A DNA stretch of 64,000 nt, taken from the IMG/VR virus record IMGVR_UViG_3300042861_002374; one strand, given 5' to 3'. This DNA is from an uncultured virus (IMG/VR IMGVR_UViG_3300042861_002374). Lineage: Varidnaviria; Bamfordvirae. Below the pieces are notes generated by a model. It was not told the DNA's origin. It worked only from the letters and a program-made list of their open reading frames with translations, and did not search any database. Shown here piece after piece: positions 61,101-64,000 of the stretch (positions within the stretch are counted from its first letter, which is position 1; each line of letters begins with the position of its first letter). The translations under genes were made by a program, and so were the position numbers.

Positions 61101-64000
61101 TCTCTGGAACTTGATCCAGCAGACAAAGTAGTAACACCCGAAACTCCATCGGACACACTTATGTTACTAGCTGTTTGCAGAACATAATTGCTTGGTGAAA
61201 TTCCGTATGTATCATCCTTAGTTGAAGTAACAATGTCACGGTATAAACCTAGCTTCCAAAAATATACGCTAAATTCTCCAAGTTCTGCTAGTGTTGATGA
61301 AGCTGCTCTAAATCTCCAGTGTTTATAAGTTTTTAATGTAATACCAGCACTATCGTTTACAGAAGGAATAATAAAATTAGTTAAATTTTGATTTGCTGTC
61401 CACGGAATAGAATTAGCCATTAGATCTGAAGTTAACACAAATGATGAATGAATTTGATGAGCACTAGGAGTTACAAGAATTGGTGCAATAGAATTGCTAG
61501 TATAAAAGCCGTCTCCAGCTGGACAACCAGCATAATATCGTGATGGGTCAAGTACTCGAGTATTTGCACTAGTACCTACATATGGAGTATTACTACCTAC
61601 GTTTCCTAAACCATAATATCTATAACCAATATTATTTGAAAGTGACACAATAGCTATTAGAGGCCTTGCATTAGCTGTTCCAAGAATATAACTAGCAGTG
61701 CCTCCAGCAGACGTACTTGTATTAGTTGTGATCTCTGTCATATTATCCGCAAATAACCAAGCACCTGTTCCACTTCTGGTTTTTCTGTTCCATTTCATGT
61801 GAAATGTATCATCAAGAGTATCGCTTGTTCCATCGTGCCACATAGATGGAATACGTACAAAATTAACTCCGTCAATTGATCCAACAACCTCCATGTTTAT
61901 ATATTCTGAGTTCCACCCAGGATAACTCATGATGAATGTTAATGATGTCAAAATCTTTGTTGTTCCAGCTGGAAATTGCCATATATAACGCATTAAGACA
62001 AATGGTATATTTGAATCACCATATGTTGTTGTTACGGAACTTCCTAAAGGAGCATAAGCTGCCATAGAACTAATATTATTATATAAATTAGAAATAGTGG
62101 ATGCTAATTTTGGAGATGGACTTACAGATGTACTTGTAGCTATTACAGTAGATGCCCAGGATGGAAATTGAGTTATGCACGTATTTACTCCAGATGTAGA
62201 TGTTGATACAAGTGAATTTGTACAAACAAGGCAATAACGTCTGAAAAATAAACCACTTGTTCCACTACCTATTGGTATATTTGCCATCATTAGAGATTTA
62301 AATGCAGGAGGAAAGTCTGTGGATGTAATACTCATATTTAGATGTGTTTTTGCAGATAATTGTATAGTTAAAGGGCTTAATGCAAGAGTTACTATTTCAG
62401 TAATATTCTTTGTCAATGTAAATGTAGTTCTTTGACCTGGTCCATAAAGTATTACTTTAATTGTTACAAAAGAACTAGAAGGTGTAAATGGTCCAAAACT
62501 GATCTTTTCAGTCGCAGAATCACATGTAATACCGGTAGTAACTAAATTCTCTATACCTCCCTGTGTCCATGATAAGGAATTTACTTGAAGAGAAGAATTT
62601 GAACTGTGAAGCATATCACCTCCTGTAAATGTTAAGGTTACATTACATGCCTGCCCTTCTTTAAGGATATACCCCGGATCGAGTCCATTAGTTAAACCAT
62701 CACATGTAAATGCACTTGGGAAACTATAAATATTTGTCGTGCTTGAAAAACTTTCACTTGCCCACCCGTAAGTTTTTGTAGCTGTACCATACGTAAGAGA
62801 TATAATAGCAGAATGATCTTCATCGTACAGAACTGTAAATAAATAAGATATACTTGATGTTGCTGATATAGCTGTCTGAGGACTTACAATAACAGCATTT
62901 TTTGTTGCTGGTTTTATACTTATTGTTCCTGTCATTCCTGGAAGTAGATTGGCGTCAAAAATTGAGGTAAATGTTAACTGCTCACCTATAGAGGTGTAAG
63001 TAGGTGATGGTGTTGTGCTAACTAATGATGGGAATGTATAGATTTTATTATTGTTTACAGTAAATTGATATGTAAGAGCACTGTATATTGTGCTAAAAAC
63101 AAAATTAGTTGTAGTTGATGAAAGAGCTGTATATGAAAGAGTTATTGTCCTAGCAGCATAATCAATAGAAGCTCCACTTAACGAAGTGCTAAATGAGTCA
63201 ATTGTTAATGTAAATAAGTTTGAAGCTGTTTTATCACTTGGAAAATTAGCTGATGTATTAAACTTAAATGTTAGTTGTATTGGAAAATCGACAATAAGAG
63301 TATAAGGTGACACAGCATTGCTTGTCAAAATATCAGCACTAGTTGGAACCCAAGCTGGGGCGTTAATAGTAACACGAGGACTTTCAAGATAACTTGACTG
63401 ACGTGTATTATTCGTCTCAATAGCTTTTACATAAAAGTATACTTCTGTTGTCCCCGCTGCTGCTGTAAAATTAAAAACAAGATTGTTTCCACCAGTGAAA
63501 GCCACATCAGTATATAATGAAATTGGACTTAAACCTGATCCATACGCATAATAAATATCTGCCTTAGGAGCACCTGTAGTAACTCCATTAAGTGTTAGAG
63601 TAATTTGTGTACTGACTAACTGTATAATAGTCGCAGGATTTGGATTACCCGAGAAAGAAATCGGGAATGGAGTCACAATTGTAATAGGCGCGCTAACTAT
63701 GTAAGAAGGTTGTGTTGCATAATCCGCGATAGCTTTTACATAAAAGTATAAATTAGTCCCCACCGGTTGGGTAGGTGTGAAATTAAAAGTGAGGTCACTT
63801 GTACCGTTAAAAGCAAAAGTTGTGCTTGGAGTAGATAGTTGAATTAGTCCCAAACTGTCGTCTGTTGTGGAATACCAAATATTTGCGTTAGGCGCATCTA
63901 ATGTAACTCCATTAAGAGTAATTTTTGTTAATATATTGACATTTTTTACAAAAGCACCAGAAACAGGAGCAACAGATGCAAATGATATAGGGAATGGGCT
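49163..64000 (-). CDS. giant (>4,900 aa) S/T-rich surface/fibre-like protein with Ig-like repeats and LamG-like domains; 5'-truncated
   Basis: Frame open to the window edge; about 100-aa FPTSI...FTP...YFYVK repeats; NFTVECW...HFALTY...LYING and WVHICVTY...IYVNG. Confidence 0.85.
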   Translation of the reverse strand, partial: SPFPISFASVAPVSGAFVKNVNILTKITLNGVTLDAPNANIWYSTTDDSLGLIQLSTPSTTFAFNGTSDLTFNFTPTQPVGTNLYFYVKAIADYATQPSYIVSAPITIVTPFPISFSGNPNPATIIQLVSTQITLTLNGVTTGAPKADIYYAYGSGLSPISLYTDVAFTGGNNLVFNFTAAAGTTEVYFYVKAIETNNTRQSSYLESPRVTINAPAWVPTSADILTSNAVSPYTLIVDFPIQLTFKFNTSANFPSDKTASNLFTLTIDSFSTSLSGASIDYAARTITLSYTALSSTTTNFVFSTIYSALTYQFTVNNNKIYTFPSLVSTTPSPTYTSIGEQLTFTSIFDANLLPGMTGTISIKPATKNAVIVSPQTAISATSSISYLFTVLYDEDHSAIISLTYGTATKTYGWASESFSSTTNIYSFPSAFTCDGLTNGLDPGYILKEGQACNVTLTFTGGDMLHSSNSSLQVNSLSWTQGGIENLVTTGITCDSATEKISFGPFTPSSSFVTIKVILYGPGQRTTFTLTKNITEIVTLALSPLTIQLSAKTHLNMSITSTDFPPAFKSLMMANIPIGSGTSGLFFRRYCLVCTNSLVSTSTSGVNTCITQFPSWASTVIATSTSVSPSPKLASTISNLYNNISSMAAYAPLGSSVTTTYGDSNIPFVLMRYIWQFPAGTTKILTSLTFIMSYPGWNSEYINMEVVGSIDGVNFVRIPSMWHDGTSDTLDDTFHMKWNRKTRSGTGAWLFADNMTEITTNTSTSAGGTASYILGTANARPLIAIVSLSNNIGYRYYGLGNVGSNTPYVGTSANTRVLDPSRYYAGCPAGDGFYTSNSIAPILVTPSAHQIHSSFVLTSDLMANSIPWTANQNLTNFIIPSVNDSAGITLKTYKHWRFRAASSTLAELGEFSVYFWKLGLYRDIVTSTKDDTYGISPSNYVLQTASNISVSDGVSGVTTLSAGSSSRDRFLASKPLWTETWANTSAQTSLYLQTEAIKVTFKNETAFFQLSLDVTGEIGILRFPTNMYCDANKKGGTLIVEASTSDAPNTWIPIIATSNTQTLGRNGLFATSNSNAAGNVALTNKLFTVSPSTFVAPASLSNLVIPSTIRAGTTMNGCKIIIQAGGGGWTSSSNTIKEDFSIHCVPSSEVSPFWSGNVPFNCSVTNYNTGTGELTFSVSAFSSGSNFKFVVFVRDGQGSGVIVARLESDNFSIEEPELTINSTPQNIYTNISISIPITIIAQSSLDNISVTLYYDTTRTNVNPTQCGNGTLRGGNTSIALVLCTFLTTGTFYIYAKTPSGSLLCSTTTVTVTTGTSSINFKSFGLTSASPDVTSVTATQSSFISALPNGFSTTGTLSGFTALKSYNRDINGEWAPILTPLTIPMVRLDYNSATTSVVLNAKASGYAVILIQCNIFNTADYPSVIWSSYLPSKTAMSSSTSYVNCSVGPAASITFGPGVNSSGEVITSATQQKNVAFSNTYVSGESGRWYNGIKEPSATTSFDVSKTQTLPLGIAGGVQLQDYITIHKFNSLMPVSIDSINTIAYAPGITTMYACTVPTNRCGGARFAEFAVVTNNLQSDDLLNLANDYANRWCVPFAGPTIKKFRLVNTGSADISIGYFSFGSSSDVSVNLITNSAYNSATYAISSGSISAAGTWASSTTTTTPHQNIPSGGYLEVTLTSSIENCGFLQLGRVIFNSGARLVMDVNFTSGSWERYDLWYHYNGAAVNASLTDFSEVGSNINIYAKNSALMPWKQKYRTNTNEKSDMPYNLPLYNISRESDPSYLSTLSGNLMAMTWDADRSVKFCQGKSRTGQTFTENDFVQFKNVGATPAVSTLSSLFTTTAKSTMPQDGQYDLTNIEQTRYQYMHSSIGKQYLSYSSSALEYSGYLETANFGLVFLDPVSLQSIFTNANGSTIDYKMRIRKSLTGYYYLDSPQSFEYGKTIDGYSSTNPRRFSSPLNNALNHMFGLSVFNPLFGETIDTLEMQKKFTICSFVCNGSLLYRGHSTVNIGDTMALFGDISNLSNTSQTGLPFSVSVSNSVCTGVIMQNFGCVLIRDSSNNKPTFISSSYRALRTCTLSGTSSGEYNHPSQERLYIVTVVIDTTVAGANSFSTDSDMEKYAKIYINGKRINTSTRLVRAGSNYVTCTTNITTPGAWPSYFYPSSALTYGVSQITDTSKNGFPKYVMRAPYNSSSGKCFDRLLPANNGRPYATERTSLFQGGNRTIVLETKTEHRKTSVYTTEVDTHIKNLSTKWGIVMAYRWVTIKNTGSVDFRFSRLGFYGSHTEAYSDSTGIFKDAKSFSYSNIMKGIDNIIYLASTGTTVGKDGLESVLSNTIDEISVSVDETYVNIPAGGWISFDLTDSITCSHVRFGKFSSTGDVTQTKFVFELTQTIPEGETQGEVVSHVLKASLNNSGVEHGQFPLFSPAKSTDVVGAIVSGGAHANTCGVYVLVPPSSYTTITQTFPSGVSITSPSSAIILSSNTITLTLSGQNNEIQSAYVYQSASSTDTNPAQIGLKPYLLSGNNLVFTFTPSIISPQIYFFVKGVANNGNVQTSYIKTGKLDIVNSFPTSITAISPTTNFIQNGLTNVTLTLANVLPGTTKAQVYWATSDNFGTSTQIGTDYNFVENNLSFLFTPGLISSLFFFVKGIGLINNELQSSTLSTGTIGQCTVDNTSLPTSISDILPIIITEDIPTSVTLKVAGVVSTLKANVYQGPDNNFANSTIVASSLSFTGTTLTFPFTAFKSGTLFFFVRGDSAADNTAVFKSVTVVGFPTSITSVTSEPDLAQGEVSVVTINITNVNNSPKANIYWSETNNFSSALLIGPPVTFVSNKLVFSFTPLAVDNVFFFVRALTADNIEQSTPIVSLIQGVETQTLKSIYKIDSMLASTGILNNDPFASSIILCYPGNTSAELSNTLNSFTPTKTIGAITGTMFDNDSSMFYGIGTSLKSGGQLMFKGLNLSNNFTVECWLKFSDDVSLGGYGVGGDVFSTRPNGFDGVAGTNSISAGLAWTQVTPISGGRYLLGLPLKTGIRRMGVTAPVDTSVSGTTITSGLSRDSFIHFALTYTSSIKTYKLYINGVLNLTSTWTDTITGTELWFSPAYIYNDIRAYTTVKYTGNFNLLQNVNNPYPIGIKTVSYSTPFVKNGSNNVTITFIGTTENTQYANIYQGTTSGMTTPTFINKYQINENMVTFPYTPLVNTVYFYIKPIFGNIEQSSFFETSAQSVITPYPTSITNVSQFTFIEGVQSQVILTLAGVTNGTSSAYIYQHSTPGQTGPSLSQIGGVVNFVNNTLTFNFTPSTSGSVYFYVGAISGGVTASPLIYSSGFVVYNPFPTSISYVACSPPLQVGIQSYIKISLNNVNSFLTPNATIYHSATSGSSSPNSITTTNFTGSILTFLFTPTYSMLGSLYFYIKCITSSSVLQSSFLVSIQQNVLASMTPVVSFTSTVASSFSLENGNQILEWRQNWSGGVTSSSSIIMLPIAQTGNSNYESYPAVSLVNNIFNNKPGILTSSLAGIKYCLYTSDKVPFGGAADISLTYTMYLLCRPFLQSSVAGYIGGYGFNYDQVPLTKVSSQFGRNVGGTTYGNTLNTTAGTTELFKPGSSTYPYPDTTSGFEIWCFCKKGVTGSPGMEIYQNNVSFNSSQSGQTGPAYQLENYWRIGCGSGYTGTAGGPSYIGAFRVYNTYHDSSSRAAVQLELESLFATYTPPTSFKFTPQSGYFDSIITEMSIEVNVINSVSVPIKIYYASSPGISTLGGLTECGSGMLVNGKSKLGVVIPSGTMYIYIIITSPEGVVGSILGASTPIVSFSVPAYTHASGASYTPVTIVENTLSSVSVTLSGYDTVTQGTAEIYYSLTNNDGNPTVLGNAVPTYGVVTVIGSIPIGIYYVYARTISPTLVKGPLRLCSQKLTSRSYTFPTSFTCTPYPSSTSCISYFLFSPADQVASSNVNIYYSTNNSSTNLTVCGTGTINALGVLSLVLNLPTFLTTFYIYAMITESPSGIGSLLLYNSQFNISNFTTSYTTIQTFAKSNTSSLSDFSSNFKNVLLANIDAGTTWKRFHAVYTDTNIPFLTGTSPVPQIPTWQTTITGTPVNTVNIKTSLVTTSTTGLTPFGSGIPGLVYPSGIPGGDAPQYHCRYYWDFQTAKILTSFILYTSYPGWNTEWTKMEIVGSNDGINFIRIPTEWSVTGASPGANTVEDVFHVKYNRRSKGGSYAWVFADNFDTVSTVTASTNISSPWYMLTEPSSRPMLCTINVVNATAYRYYGLGAVGSGTPYYTSDRVTTFTTYSRYYARHPYSHSYFCDHKQTGFTPSNWQTTSAVLPSEMMLTVMPWIVNQGYVNYMIPQVLPSNVVSTPIITYKYWRFRATSGFLGAFGNDTTAWFWKLGLFRDITTANEDTYGTYSTNYIQQWGNSLYNNSSTETIKGNFGRDALFCSKPDWTDTAYTRYTKSNIAENEMPFVTFTNDSAYITIKLDVTGTIGALRFPSYMYCNVRGGAFILEVSNTGATGSWTTMVATCGTAILGREGTMPIVAGTHGANAILTNRIFSITPATNLYSWPTSLGIPVITGDTLKYYDVTACTIKIIGGNTSTNTKDDFNVHLVRSDTPFPYWTPGSTIFNCDVTSYNPQTSILSFNSNPSIRGDAFFVVFIRSGEGTGLLGTTENPNAGILISKTFYAAQVGDTVTPKIWLDGSNPLNGPIPSNNQDIPTWLDLIGGNNAVRSNPSVPAAKFVTSPTGVTTGLGCISSGSNDYGFTGLVMKFISPYYVVTSPPAPASSGYLHVSKHYTMSLLAWNSGDGNGIGKYIVTSGGLNIQAGEANASGLDGNALFINNNGNYSGVNSNYTLTSSLQKYSCTSKWVHICVTYAGANPLKIYVNGVPMNSYAFGTGDPYWGTTAAPPYMQFGGRIGDWRNRCKDYLIADFRYYEGVLSSTEVAALTLLLKNKFGVTLDTPV

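Noticed and set aside
1..64000. tRNA, rRNA or CRISPR arrays
   Set aside because: None recognised by eye; tRNAscan-SE or Infernal would be needed to exclude them

Overview
AT-rich, gene-dense, apparently intronless segment of a giant DNA virus (Nucleocytoviricota; gene content suggests a Pimascovirales-like lineage, which is inference). Core or common genes: RPB6, A18-like SF2 helicase, Hsp70, Cu/Zn SOD, sterol desaturase, several RING/U-box/RBR E3 ligases, collagen-like protein, astacin-like protease, heliorhodopsin, a PARG-type macrodomain fusion, and a 5'-truncated >4,900-aa Ig/LamG-repeat protein. Two RNA-guided-nuclease transposons are present. (i) An IS607-type element (serine recombinase + TnpB/Fanzor2, whose reading frame overprints almost all of the recombinase gene) inserted into a patatin gene. 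(ii) A TA-flanked Tc1/mariner-IS630 element with 29-bp TIRs carrying an intact Fanzor1, a small accessory ORF and a point-inactivated transposase. The first 7 kb is a decayed tandem duplication holding remnants of ETF-alpha, an endonuclease and a zinc-finger gene. A conserved, inverted-repeat-bounded non-coding element lies upstream of both intact members of a C2HC zinc-finger family; this is the least explained signal. AAAATTGA-type promoters and 3' hairpins recur. All calls come from reading motifs by eye; no database searches were run.
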